A stretch of DNA of 60,961 nt, counting the filler, from Globobulimina sp. (lineage: Eukaryota): NCBI GenBank assembly GCA_003354225.1. It is 16 parts of 16 records of this genome, joined end to end, with 100 filler letters (N's around TTAATTAATTAA, not from the genome) between each part and the next. Parts side by side here need not be neighbours in the genome. Positions count along the whole stretch, not along the records: positions 11,459 to 15,177 come from PIVH01002210.1; positions 15,278 to 18,996 come from PIVH01002211.1; positions 19,097 to 22,814 come from PIVH01002212.1; positions 22,915 to 26,632 come from PIVH01002213.1; 12 more parts are not named here. One strand, written 5' to 3'. This document shows, piece by piece, positions 11,459 through 23,682 of this stretch. The translations under genes and the position numbers were made by a program. The number at the start of each line of letters is the position of its first letter. The first letter of the stretch is position 1. Below the pieces are notes generated by a model. It saw only the letters and a list, made by a program, of their open reading frames with translations. It was not told the DNA's origin and searched no databases.

Positions 11459-11688
11459 TTAGATACACATTCATTGAAATCCGCTGTGCCAAATACTCGT
11501 TTTAATTCGCTTGATTTTGCTATTTTACCTTGTGATACTTTTGTAAAAATTGTATCAACCATTAATACGTATTGTAATCCAAGTTTCTTTTCTCTGTATT
11601 TTAATACTGCTCCTTTTTTGCTTAAAATTTCAAATTTTATCTTTCCCTGTTGATAGCGTACAATTTGACCCTTGTTTTTGTATGCCAT
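11459..11688 (-). CDS. SBDS/Sdo1-family ribosome maturation protein, N-terminal part
   Basis: VRYQQGKIKFEIL...VLMVDTIFTKVSQGKIAKSSELKRVFGT matches the SBDS N-terminal domain. Confidence 0.85.
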
Positions 11689-11743
11689 AATTTGTTCAAT
11701 GTGTTACAAATGAAGGTGAAAAAGTTTAGAGAAGCAAAAAAGA

Positions 11744-12448
11744 TTAAAGTATGTGAAAATCAATTAATTTTACAATGGTTTTATCGTCCAAATTAATGGC
11801 CAATACATATTCTTTACCTTCAAAGTCAACATTAAAATAATGACCTTGTTCTAAATTGTTAACATATAGTTTCAATGTTTCTTGATTAACATTTAACTGC
11901 ATTTTAATTGTATCGTGATCTTGAATCACATCGCAATCGATCTCACTACCAAACTCCCCATCATATCCTTTATGCGAAGAATCATAACTGTGTGAATTGG
12001 TGGAATCGATGCATGATTCATAAGAATACCAATAATCTCCATCACAAAAATCTGAGAGCGTATGTTGGTCATTGGAGCAATTTGCTGACACAATACCAAC
12101 ATCGAAAATTACGCTCGGATCTATTTTTTCAACTTGCAAAATCCACGTACACTCTGAAAATGTCCCTTTACTGATTTTTATATTTCCAAACACTGAATTT
12201 CGAGTAGAGTTTATCTTTGTATATTCTACAGTATTCCGCAGATTATTTATTTTCATATTAGGACCGCATTTGTTGAAAAACTCACCAATATAATAGTATA
12301 ACAGTACAATGCAACTTGCTAATGCAGGTATATTATAATAAGCATTGATACTGTTCGGCAGTAATTCCTGTGACATTCGTATGTATCCAAAGACTATATC
12401 TTTTTGTCTGTGTGGTATTTCTCTGATTTTATCCAAGTTGACTGCCAT
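11744..12448 (-). CDS. SPRY/B30.2-like protein, paralog of 4043..4813
   Basis: DIVFGYIRMSQELLP...YYNIPAL; DTIKMQLNVNQETLKLYVNNLEQG. Confidence 0.65.
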   Translation of the reverse strand: MAVNLDKIREIPHRQKDIVFGYIRMSQELLPNSINAYYNIPALASCIVLLYYYIGEFFNKCGPNMKINNLRNTVEYTKINSTRNSVFGNIKISKGTFSECTWILQVEKIDPSVIFDVGIVSANCSNDQHTLSDFCDGDYWYSYESCIDSTNSHSYDSSHKGYDGEFGSEIDCDVIQDHDTIKMQLNVNQETLKLYVNNLEQGHYFNVDFEGKEYVLAINLDDKTIVKLIDFHIL

Positions 12449-12697
12449 CCGATCAAAAACGTTGTTTTCAGAAACACGTTACCTTACAATCTTTTTGTCA
12501 GACAATTTAAGGATGTTTATGAAGAGGTTTTAAGGCCGATCGATGATCAAAGCAAGTTTGGACTTGCATTTAATTAATTAATTATATATATCCTTGCACA
12601 ATATCCGTCCCCGGAGCAATGGATAAAATATTTAATAATATTTGGGTCAAAATGGAATTGATATCCTTCTCATTATACTATAGTACATTATAAACAA

Positions 12698-13039
12698 TCA
12701 TTTCTTGAAATTATGATAGTGTTCACCGTAATTCCTGAATTCTGGATGTCTTTTCAACCATTTTTCTGGTGCTTTTGGACTCTGATATATAAATCCCCGC
12801 TCCTTTGCAATCCAATGTTTTTTACATTGCGCGAACTCTCTCCATTCTTTAAAACAGGCCTGAACCCGATGCCCACTCACTTTCCCGCATTCTTCCACTT
12901 TCTGAAACAATGGATAGCATTCATCATTTTCTCGAGACATTATTCGTTTGGAATTTACGGCTGCATTTTTCCTATCTTCTTCACATGACTCACAAATGGG
13001 ATTTCCTACTTTGTCTGAGGTCTCTGTTTGGTCGGCCAT
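12698..13039 (-). CDS. Twin Cx9C (CHCH/CMC-like) protein, likely mitochondrial intermembrane space
   Basis: CYPLFQKVEEC-x10-CFKEWREFAQC. Confidence 0.65.
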   Translation of the reverse strand: MADQTETSDKVGNPICESCEEDRKNAAVNSKRIMSRENDECYPLFQKVEECGKVSGHRVQACFKEWREFAQCKKHWIAKERGFIYQSPKAPEKWLKRHPEFRNYGEHYHNFKK

Positions 13040-13087
13040 CTGATAATTTGGTCCGTCAAAAATTAGTTAAAAAAACGCAATATTATC

Positions 13088-14512
13088 ATGTCAAGTAGGT
13101 TTGTGGCACATACACTTTTTGATCTGCGACGTGAAGGATTTGTAGCCGTTGATAATGATGAATGTATACTAAACCGATCGCCACCAAAATCGCAAGAATT
13201 CACACCAATCGATGCACGAACCATTGCAGCAATTCATAACGAAATGGGAGATATAATAAACGAATCAGCATCGTCGTCCATTTTGACACAAAGTAATAAA
13301 TTTCGCTCCAAATGGATTTATACCACCTTATTATACATATTTATTTTTATCCCATTAAATGTATTTTTAATGCTTTATTCAACCAAAACAAATAATATTT
13401 TCCTATTTATTTCAAGTATCATTGTATTAATCATCACATTATTTGTCGTGTATAAAATGGAATATTTTTTTCAATTCTCAGTATATTCATTTTTATCATG
13501 GAATACAAAATCAATCATTTTATTAAGAAATTATATTGACAGCAAATTTAATAAAAATAATAAATATTCAAATCATAATCTAAAAAGTGGCATATCTTAC
13601 GATTCAAAAACTGCATTATATCAATTCATCGCACACCGCAATGATGATATAGCCGCACAAAAAGAAGAAGAATTTATGTTATATTACAGATTTAACGAAG
13701 ATTATATCACTCCGATAATTTATGAATCGTTTGATTTAAAAGACATCGCAAATAAAGGCATTGAATACTATTATTTATGGAGTAAATTCATTCAAGAATT
13801 ATCTATAATTTTCGACAAATTCCATGAGAAATTTCATGTAAAACATACCAGCGATCGTAATGATGGCAGTATTGAGCTAAATGTAAATGACAATACTGCA
13901 GACTCAGAGATATTTAGCTCCATAAATAGCACAATGAGAATAAAATTAGTCTCACAATATCGTTTAAATAAAGTCCGTCAATCAACATTGAAACAGAGCC
14001 GTCGATTATTTATCATATTTGGTTTATGTTTAATTATTGGCGTACCATTAATGGTCGCAGACGATCATGAATCGATGGCATCATTTAACAATATATCGAC
14101 ATGGATATTGACGGAGGGAATATTATTTTTTATATTCACTTTGTTGACCATGCCTTTGTGCTGTGGTTTTTATCAAAATAATTTGAATTTTAATTGCTGT
14201 TTTACGCTTTTTAACAAATTTAAAATAAGGCAAGCAAATAAAAACAATGAGGTATTGATTGGTAATGAGGAGAATGATGAACATGAGCCTCAACATATTG
14301 ATATTCGAAATGAAGAAAATAAGAAATTGTTATGTTGTGGTGATTCATCGCTATGGATTGATTGTATAATATCAGAAATTGATGATTTTTGTAACGATTT
14401 GAATTCAAAATATTCACAAAAATATACATTTCGAAATCAAACTGGCTATTATGAGGCACCAAATGGTGAGCCTTATACTGGCAAAATGACAATTCAGTCA
14501 GTGTCCATTTAA
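13088..14512 (+). CDS. Hypothetical multi-pass membrane protein (two pairs of TM segments)
   Basis: 474-aa ORF with four hydrophobic segments; no family recognised. Confidence 0.6.
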   Translation: MSSRFVAHTLFDLRREGFVAVDNDECILNRSPPKSQEFTPIDARTIAAIHNEMGDIINESASSSILTQSNKFRSKWIYTTLLYIFIFIPLNVFLMLYSTKTNNIFLFISSIIVLIITLFVVYKMEYFFQFSVYSFLSWNTKSIILLRNYIDSKFNKNNKYSNHNLKSGISYDSKTALYQFIAHRNDDIAAQKEEEFMLYYRFNEDYITPIIYESFDLKDIANKGIEYYYLWSKFIQELSIIFDKFHEKFHVKHTSDRNDGSIELNVNDNTADSEIFSSINSTMRIKLVSQYRLNKVRQSTLKQSRRLFIIFGLCLIIGVPLMVADDHESMASFNNISTWILTEGILFFIFTLLTMPLCCGFYQNNLNFNCCFTLFNKFKIRQANKNNEVLIGNEENDEHEPQHIDIRNEENKKLLCCGDSSLWIDCIISEIDDFCNDLNSKYSQKYTFRNQTGYYEAPNGEPYTGKMTIQSVSI

Positions 14513-14554
14513 ATGTGTACAGTTTTTCAGACAAAAAACATTTTTACTTTTATT

Positions 14555-15062
14555 TCAAATATCAATCAGCTTTGCCATTTCATGTATTTCAGAGTTTACA
14601 ACCTCTGCAACATAGTGATCATTATCACCATACCCCATCGCAATTAACAACAGGTTTTTTATTAACAATTGATTCCCCATAATATCGACGTGATCCCCAG
14701 ACCATTTGCCACCACGTACTGTCCCTCTCCGATATATACTTTCTTTCTTATCTTCATATTCAACAATTTTTGTTTTCATCAACGATGGATTTAATCTCTT
14801 ATTCCCCCTCCACCCCTTTGCACACATCAGACCCAGAGACAGCAGAGGAACTGTACCATCGCCATGCACTGTTTTAAATCCCTTTGTTATGTTATTCTTG
14901 TTATCATTGTAGTTTGTATTTATTCGAAACGAATATTTAAACGAAGCATTATAATCCCGCATAAAATAATAATTTCTTCCGGATTTTAAATTCGTTCCAT
15001 ACATGCAATATATGCTCATATTAGCTGCAAAGGGTAGCGGTCTCCATAACGGATTACCAAAA
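14555..15062 (-). CDS. Phospholipid:diacylglycerol acyltransferase (LCAT/PDAT family), C-terminal part
   Basis: NPL..PLPFAANMSIYCMYG; GDGTVPLLSLGLMCAKGW; RGGKWSGDHVDIMGN. Confidence 0.85.
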
Positions 15063-15177
15063 AACCTCGGTTTGTCAAAGTCCGAATTAATTCGTAAAAG
15101 CATTAATGAATACATTGGGAAACTAAACAAGCCAAGTGCGTGGGATGTTGGTCAAGATTTATTTGGTAATTATTCAA
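15058..15177 (+). other. Bacterial ribbon-helix-helix (CopG-like) protein or antitoxin fragment
   Basis: KNLGLSKSELIRKSINEYIGKLNKPSAWDVGQDLFGNYS; the G.SKSELIR..I helix pair is typical of RHH proteins; opposite strand to PDAT. Confidence 0.7.
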
Positions 15178-15277
15178 NNNNNNNNNNNNNNNNNNNNNNN
15201 NNNNNNNNNNNNNNNNNNNNNTTAATTAATTAANNNNNNNNNNNNNNNNNNNNNNNNNNNNNNNNNNNNNNNNNNNN

Positions 15278-18200
15278 CTGCTCCGAATAAGGATGCATTG
15301 GATGATATGTTTTTGCAGGAAGTGGTCTCAACGCCTGATGGCATGGTTAGAAATGGTATGCTACACAATATGGCCAATGTCATTACATTTTATACAGAGA
15401 ATGATGATGACTCGGATATGTTTGATATAATCAATGCGACGCCTGATGGAGGTATATATTTGCAATTGATCAGATATACATTCTTTATTAGTTTTTTTTT
15501 ATAAATAATATAAGGTGATTTCGAAGGTGATTTTGATGTGTTGAGAGCAGTGGATGTCCTCAATGAAAATAGTGAGGAAAAATATGCTGATGGCGATCAA
15601 AAGGAAACGATACTACACAGCCTTAACTTGCCAGTACCTGTCGATATATATTCAATAAGAGAGAATAAAGCGGAGGATGTAAATCATGATTATGTTTTAT
15701 CAGATAAATATTGCTTAACATGCGAGACAGTGGAACATAGAAAAAAGTGTGGAATTGCTCATTTTGAGAAGTTATTAAGTAATAAAATCGAAGCTGATAT
15801 GTACAATAATTTATTGAATCCACTGAATTGGGAGATTATAGTCGATGGGATATGTTTAAATTTATCAACTGGACAACTGCGGATGCAAATGTTGCAAATG
15901 TTGAAGAAAGTCGCTCAGAGAGCAGGTTCTGGACAGGATAGATATGAAATTATTGATGCATTTATAAGAGTGGATGGTGCGATGGTATTCTTGAATGGAA
16001 TCGGGTTTCGTGAGGACAATAAATTAGTTAATGAGAATTCTGATGATTTTATTATTGATGTTGCAGTTGGATGTATATTGTATAAGATACGAATATTAAA
16101 ATTATTGAATAATTTGCAAAAATTATGGGCTCAATCCATTAAATTTATGTATAATCATCGATCATTTGAATCGCAAACAAATATGGATAAATTGAGTGAG
16201 TTGCCGTTGGATTTAGTGGAAAGCCATGAAAACTATTATGATTTGTTGGGAAAAATGGTAGGTATAAGTCATATGAGTATAGATGATAAAAAAGAAGAGA
16301 TTGTTGTTCAATTATTAGGCATTCATGTGGATGATAACAGCAATAAAATATTTGAATATTTATATCGTATTTATGTTCAAATTTGGGAGATTGAACAAGC
16401 TAAAAAAAAGAGGAAAGATTTTATTGATGATATGGTTCCTCGTTCGAGAAGATTCAGTGCGTTATCTGTTGCACCACAGACATCGACATTCAATTTATCT
16501 CAATCGGTAACAGTAAGCCATTCATCTTTGCTCAGAGCGCCATCAGCACAAAATATGATGGACCATGCACTAGATTTTGGTTTGTATTTTAAAGATCGAA
16601 ATGAAAATAATTCAGCAACAGAGTTATTGACAGAGTTGGAATTGAAAGAGATTTATGTTCATGATGATGTTGATGAGCTAAATGATGAAATATTGAGCAA
16701 GATTTATGAACTAACTCCGAATCGTTATCAGATGGAAGAATATTTGAGCTATGTCGAGTATTTCAAGGGAGTGCGGACTGAATTCAAAGAAACACAATGC
16801 GAGGATGAATATTGTGAATGGAGCAAGAAAAAATATGAAAATGCACTATATTCTCTGACAGCGAAACAAATTGTTCATATCATGCTGTATCATGTAGAAG
16901 GTATATTTTATATTAATATTATTGTATACACTGATTGTATACATTTATTTTGTTTTAGACTATAACGAAATTTGTACATTGAAACGAAGAGCTGATAGGT
17001 TTATGCAAACAGTGAGAATTAGAGAGAATCGACGATTTAGTGAATATGTGCCAATACCAGAAGAGCAACAACTGGAGAGGCAATATTCTGACGATGTATG
17101 CGAAGCAGGTGAGACTGGAATGTGTGGCCAATTAAGGTGTGCAGGAATTATATAATGGAATTTTAACACTATCATAGTTTGTACATGATACAATTTATGT
17201 TTTTGTGTGTTTTTATATAATACAAAATAAGTGTTTTTATATAATATGTACAACAAAAACATAAATTATAGCATGTACAAACATATCAGATGATCAAATC
17301 ATGACTAAATTCCATTATTATTCAATTCGTGTTCTTTACTTTCAGCACTTTATTAACCAAATGTAAAAACATTGATATAATGTCAGATTTAAACAAAACT
17401 GTCATTGATCATTGTCTAAAATTTCACACTGATTACCAGGAAAAGTGTGAAAACATTCATTGCAAATATAGAGAGAAATTAATTACCTCTAAAAACAATC
17501 GACATTTTTACAATTTACATATCCAACTTCATGCATATTTTTATCATAACATTGCGATTGATACGGATGTTAAATTAGATTCTAATGAAGAAACAATAGA
17601 ATACAAAAAATCATCGTCGATAGAATACAGTCCGCAGAATGCCGAAGCTTCTGTTCCTTTAGAGTTTGGTTTCCATTTTATGATTAATCGACGCGTGGAG
17701 GCAAATTATGAGCATGGAAAGCAAGAGATGCTACAAAATGAATACTATACATTGCAAGCAAGCGATTGGAATGTCTTAGTGAGGAAATGTGTGATCCTAA
17801 CAAAATCCAGAAAAGCTAGAAGTATGCGATTGGATGTTAAGGAGCTGGCTGCATTGAAACTATATACAGATTTTGACCAATTACAACAGCAATTTATGAT
17901 TTGTTTCAGAGACGTTAATGTTTTACAACGCAGCGAACGACAAAAGAGCTTTTATTTTTGGAACAGATATTTATTAACAGCCTGCAAAAAATCACGTGAT
18001 ATTATATATTCAAAAAGTAACAAATCAACCAAACTCTACCATGGTGTCACAGAATCGTTGTTGTCTGCCTCTACATTCAGTGCAATTTATCATGGTATTT
18101 TATACACATATTCCTATTTAATTTAGCATACATCGCATATACAACAGGTCCTATATCGACAACCACGGATTTCAACATCGCGAAAAGATTCGTTGGTATA

Positions 18201-18996
18201 AATGGCACCATGTTAGAACTATATCCATCGTTTGGTAAAAAAGGTTTGTTCGTGTCGTGGTTATCAAATTTTCCATATGAAAACGAGGTGATTTATATGG
18301 AGACATCATTTCAAATCTCAAATATCCTCACACTTAAATCATTGACCTGCGATTATTTAGCAAATGAGGACAATCGAATGATGGCGCGAATGGAACAATG
18401 CATATTGAGCGCCATTCAAACAATCAACATTGAATCAGAAATTATATCATTGAATGATGGTGTTGCAAACAACGATTTTAGTAATTTCGGTAAGTTGCAA
18501 AATTATGATAAATTAGCCGTGCTGTATTTGTTATATTTGCAATATAAACCAAAAGAGTGGGAAAAATGGACAAAACGCAACGACCAAAGCTATTTCAACA
18601 ACGCCATCATGAAATTTAGGGATCAGTTTATTACGTTGGCACAAAATGTGAAAGCAGTGTACGTGGATAATATGTCGAAGTTATTAGAAATGTTTTTTTA
18701 TTCCAAACCGTTGGAGTATACGCTACCAATTTTAAACTGTGACACTGATTTTAGTGTCATTGAACACAATGTGCTGAAACAGTACAAAGCAAATAAATCA
18801 TTTTATTTTTCAACCATTGTCAAATTATTCCCAGCAGCTCAACAGATCAGTATTAGCTGCAAAAATTTTGATTGGTCATTGAAGAAATTTATAGATTTCC
18901 TGGACTTAAATGCAAAATATTCTTTTCATAGCATTCAATTACAAGACATATTCATTCAACACATTGATACCACAGAAGCACAGAAAAAAATGAGGG
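15278..18996 (+). CDS. Large multi-exon protein with ADP-ribosyltransferase-like domain, partial at both ends
   Basis: ORFs 15298, 15538, 16922, 17329 and 18210 can be joined by GT-AG introns (18095-18147 checked in frame, the others less certain); ELAALKLYTD...LYHGV...GPISTTTD...VSWLSNFPYENEV. Confidence 0.6.
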
Positions 18997-19118
18997 NNNN
19001 NNNNNNNNNNNNNNNNNNNNNNNNNNNNNNNNNNNNNNNNTTAATTAATTAANNNNNNNNNNNNNNNNNNNNNNNNNNNNNNNNNNNNNNNNNNNNGTTT
19101 GTTCTGTGTTTGTTATAA

Positions 19119-19216
19119 CTTTGTCTTGGATTTGCAAATCCAGAACAAAGTCAGAACAAATTTATAATTGAACCACTTTGTATACATTTGGTTCAATTGT
19201 AAATTTGTTCTGACTT
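19119..19216. repeat. Two adjacent inverted repeats (fold-back)
   Basis: 28-bp arms 19148-19175 and 19189-19216 with one mismatch; second imperfect palindrome centred on ggatttgcaaatcc (19128-19141). Confidence 0.75.
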
Positions 19217-19349
19217 AAAGGTTATCCAAACAGGAATCGTTAAAGGCAAAGCCGCCCAATCAAATTCAAGTCAGTTCAAGATGTGATTTTAAACTAAGTC
19301 TGTTTCAAATAAATGCTGTTCTAAAAGTAATTGTCAGTATATTTAAATG

Positions 19350-21435
19350 TTATAACGAAATAGAGCCATCCCTAAATTTCGATTTTGATATCAAAGCATT
19401 AATAACCACAGGAATGCCTTGCTTCGCATATAATTGTGCTTCTTTAAACGCAGCAACAAATTCATCAATATTTGTGGCTAAAAAACCTTTACATCCAAAT
19501 CCTTGCACCACTTTGTCATATTTCGTATGTTTGCCTAACAAAGTCGCAGTAGTATCCTTCAAAATTCTCACTTGATCTCTATACATTTGGTGCCAACATG
19601 AATCATTTCCAATCACCGCAATCAAGCCAAATCCATGTCTTTTAAACGTATCAAACTCAGAAATGGACCATCCAAATGAGCCATCACCATATAACATGAT
19701 AACATTTGCGTCTTTATTCAACGCTTTTACCCCCAAAGCAAAACCAGCTCCACATCCCAACGTACCAAAGGCGCCGGGATCTAACCAATGTAATGGTTGA
19801 CGCGGCTTTACTAAATACGACGCAGTGCCTACAAAATCACCACCATCGGCAATTAAATATGTATCATCATCGCTTATTAAATCATTTAACACTCGACAAA
19901 GATTCATTGTATTCATAGTGCCATCTTCACACATTTTCATTTCTTTTTTCATGCCAATATCAATATTACTTTCCCGCGCAAACTCTCTTTCATTTAACGA
20001 GTTCATCCAATCTGGAAATGATAATTTAAAACCTAAAGCACGTTTATTTTGCGCTAATTTGATTAAAAATTTACATGCGTCCTTGTTGACCGATAACTGA
20101 CGTTTGCGGAGATCACTATTTATTGCCAACTTACTTTTATCTAAATTAACATGAATAAAATATGCATTCTTATTGATGGATCGCCCATAATTTAATCTAA
20201 AATCACAAGAGCTGCCGCACAAAATAACAAAATCACACTTTGATAAAGCTATGGATCGTTTATGTCGAAAATATAAATTATGTTCAATGCCTAACAAACC
20301 TCGACTCATTCCACTTAAATATATTGGCACTGATAATTCATTGATACTTTTTATTAATTCATCAGTTAACAATGGATGTAACATTGCCTGTGAACCTATG
20401 ATAATTAATGGGGATTTGCTAGCTAATAATTTATTTGATATAAAATTATAATTTGTGCTGTCGTTTATGTTCTCTTTTCGCACTGTCATATGTTGATTAA
20501 TATTATCCATGTCTTTGAAACCATTGTTAAACACATTATGAATATGATATCTTACATATAAGTCAGCAATGTTTGGCAGTTTAAACCATGATTTCCATCC
20601 GGATGCTGCTGATGCTTTTTTATTTGATGGCGAACCTGTAGACAATTCAATTTCTGACTGTGGCCATAGAATTTCTAACGGTGTCTCAATGAATACAGGT
20701 CCAGGCACACCAGAAACGGAAATATAAAAAGCGCTCCGTATCGTTGATATTATATCTTTGACCCGTTTTAAAGTAAAGCATTTCTTAACGTGTGGCTTCA
20801 TTAAAGCAAATTGATCAATATCTTGCAATGAACCACGTCCTTTTAATAGCATTGCTGTGGCACCGCCAAATATAATGCAGGGCGACTCTGCCATTTGTGC
20901 ATTTTTTACTGCTGTTATTGTATTTGTTAATCCTGGGCCTGTAAATATTATATTATATATGTTATTATTATTATACTGTTTGTATAGTTGATACCTGCTG
21001 TTACCTGTAAATATATATTTTTATTGTAATTATTGTGACATTGGCAGTATTATTTAGACATACCATAGCGACACCAGGTCTGCCTGTTAGTCGGCCGACA
21101 GCATCAGCTGCAAAAACGGTGGTTACTTCGTCGCGAACATCGATGACATTTATACCAAGTTTATTACAGCCAACTAAATACGCAAATATTATTATATTAA
21201 TATATTATGAAAATTCTGAAAAAATCGACAATAATTTTTTATTTGTAATCATACCTAACATTGGTGATATGTGGCCACCAGTCAATGTAAATATTGATTC
21301 TACACCTTCTGATAATAATACTTTTGCAATTAAATATCCGCCATATTTGTTGTCTTCAATAGCACAATTTATATTTTGCAATTCATTACTTTCAGTGGTG
21401 TTGATGTGACGAATTATATGGTTTAATCTGTTCAT
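19350..21435 (-). CDS. ILVBL: Acetolactate synthase-like / 2-hydroxyacyl-CoA lyase 2 (ThDP enzyme)
   Basis: FTLTGGHISP; DVRDE...VFAADAVGRLTG; VTAGPGLTNTITAVKNAQMAESP; WLDPGAFGTLGCG; GDGSFG...GND; introns 21174-21254, 21005-21063 and 20939-20994. Confidence 0.9.
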
Positions 21436-21666
21436 TGTTTCAACTCAATTTAAAGCAAAAATTTTTCCGCGGAGGAAGAATATATAAATATTTGTTGAGA
21501 AACTAGAAACTTATCCTTGCACAGTTTTTTTTCTTCTCAAAACCTTTTTTTTGACAAAAATCCGGCCATCTTACAACACCAATCCAGAGTCCAGCCGGAA
21601 CTGATACTTATAAAACAGCAACAGTGCCAGCTTCATATATCAATTAATATTATATTGTATATAATC

Positions 21667-22686
21667 ATGCTTTCCAATCATTTGGACGAAACACTGTTAA
21701 CAATGCAAGCGTTTGCAATTGGAAGTTTAATTTCGGCCGTAGTTACTACAGTTGCTATTATAACATTAATATGTCATTTTAGAAGCTCACCAATCCCATA
21801 TTTAGCATTAAAACTATATGCATTAATATCGTTGATAATACATTTATTTCTTGACGTGGTGTGTTGCTTCTTGTGGAACAATTCTTTGTTTCCATCATTT
21901 CATATTTATTTCGGTAATATCATTGACGGATATTGTAATATAGTGATGTCTGTATGTTTTGTGCTGATTGGTTTGCATCAATATTGTTTATATTCATTTT
22001 TTTTATCTCGCATTTATTATTTTTTTAAGTCAACACCATATCAAATATCAACTGAAAAGTTTCGTTATTGTAACGTTTTATGTGTTATCTTATCGATATT
22101 GTCATGTATTGGAATGTTTAGCTTTGTGGAACCAACCATTTATTTTGCGTCAAATAATGAGAAATATAAAATGTGCCATGTTACTGCACCAACAAATATT
22201 CGTATAAACAGTTATTGGATATTCTGGATTATGAATGACAATTTTTTTCAAGTTGGATTTTTATATTTTTTTATTAAGAAATCAAAGCAATTAACAATGA
22301 ATGAAACAAATTTCAAACTCTCAGGCAATTTTAGTGCGCATAATTCAGAATTAATGAATGGAAGTATCATGAAACGATGTTTAATGTCTGGAATAACATT
22401 AATTTTGGTGACATGGATAGCTGTTTTTGTGTTTATCATCTTTAAAACCCGAATTGTATTTGGTTTTGTATCCATTGTTGAGGCCATAGCAATTTTATCG
22501 TGTTTTAACATAAAATGTTCAAAAACACATAATGTTCAAAACCATAAAGAAAAGGCGCAGAGAGAACAAAAACGTGATGAATATCTTGCAAAAATCATGC
22601 ATGCTTATTATGCTAAACCAATATCAAAATCATCAAACTCAATATCAATATCAAAACCATCTGCAATTCAAATACAACTTATGTAA
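21667..22686 (+). CDS. Seven-transmembrane GPCR-like protein
   Basis: Seven hydrophobic segments; Cys at the top of TM3 (YCNIV) and in the TM4-5 loop (MCHV); Arg at the end of TM3 (FLSRI). Confidence 0.6.
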   Translation: MLSNHLDETLLTMQAFAIGSLISAVVTTVAIITLICHFRSSPIPYLALKLYALISLIIHLFLDVVCCFLWNNSLFPSFHIYFGNIIDGYCNIVMSVCFVLIGLHQYCLYSFFLSRIYYFFKSTPYQISTEKFRYCNVLCVILSILSCIGMFSFVEPTIYFASNNEKYKMCHVTAPTNIRINSYWIFWIMNDNFFQVGFLYFFIKKSKQLTMNETNFKLSGNFSAHNSELMNGSIMKRCLMSGITLILVTWIAVFVFIIFKTRIVFGFVSIVEAIAILSCFNIKCSKTHNVQNHKEKAQREQKRDEYLAKIMHAYYAKPISKSSNSISISKPSAIQIQLM

Positions 22687-23065
22687 GTCTAACATTTTTT
22701 TGTTTGTTAAAATAATTTAATCACTGTATGGATTAATCATGTCTCCTTTGAGTGTGGATGTTAAATGTTTTCTCACTTCTACTTATACTCTGGGGATCAT
22801 GGCAAATGAGAATGNNNNNNNNNNNNNNNNNNNNNNNNNNNNNNNNNNNNNNNNNNNNTTAATTAATTAANNNNNNNNNNNNNNNNNNNNNNNNNNNNNN
22901 NNNNNNNNNNNNNNAAAAATAAAATGTTGAGGACATAAACTTGAATGCTTCCTGACTGCCATGAAATGATATGACAGTCGGAAGTTGTGACAGATATTCA
23001 ATATAATAATTTTCGTTGTAATAATGCATACAATAACATAATACAATAACATAATTACAAAATAT

Positions 23066-23682
23066 TTGATGGATCCATTTGCCGATCTTACTCGAAATAA
23101 GACTATTATAAAATTGTCAGGTGAACAGTTTGGCTGTGTATTCCCATCCAATCATTGCGATATTATAATTGCTAAAAGTGTTGGCCATCTAATTACAGAT
23201 TACACAAAATGGTTAAATGATTGCTACTGTATTTTAAAACAAAATGGAGCTATGTTCATCTGTAATTTCGCAAACGATGCAACATTTCCATGGGTATGTA
23301 ATGTGTCTTATAATTAACGCATCGTCAAATATTTATTATTTTTTCAGTTTTTATATCACAAAAATAGGGCAATGTGGCACAAAAATCATATCGAGCATCA
23401 TTACCGAAACAATTCAAAGAATGGAGAGCCGGTAAGTCATCACATAATGTTGTTCATTATGTATTGAATGAACGAGTGGCTGTTCCAACCATATTTTGGC
23501 GAAGATTTGTTGCAAAAAGATCGTGGTCGAATTTACAATCTTTATCAGAAAATGAATTGCGAGAATCATTAAATTATATTGATGAAACATATAAAAATAC
23601 CTCTGCAGTCAATATAAATTTAAAATGGAGTATATCTGTGCTTCAAAAACCTGAAAAATGTAAAATTCGATCAAATCTATAG
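23066..23682 (+). CDS. Class I SAM-dependent methyltransferase, C-terminal part
   Basis: CDIIIAKSVGHLITD...CYCILKQNGAMFI; a short intron joins ORF 23374..23682; motif I not visible. Confidence 0.55.

Noticed and set aside
15058-18996. RHH antitoxin next to an ART toxin as a toxin-antitoxin pair
   Set aside because: They are on different contigs separated by a spacer, and the ART-like gene has introns.
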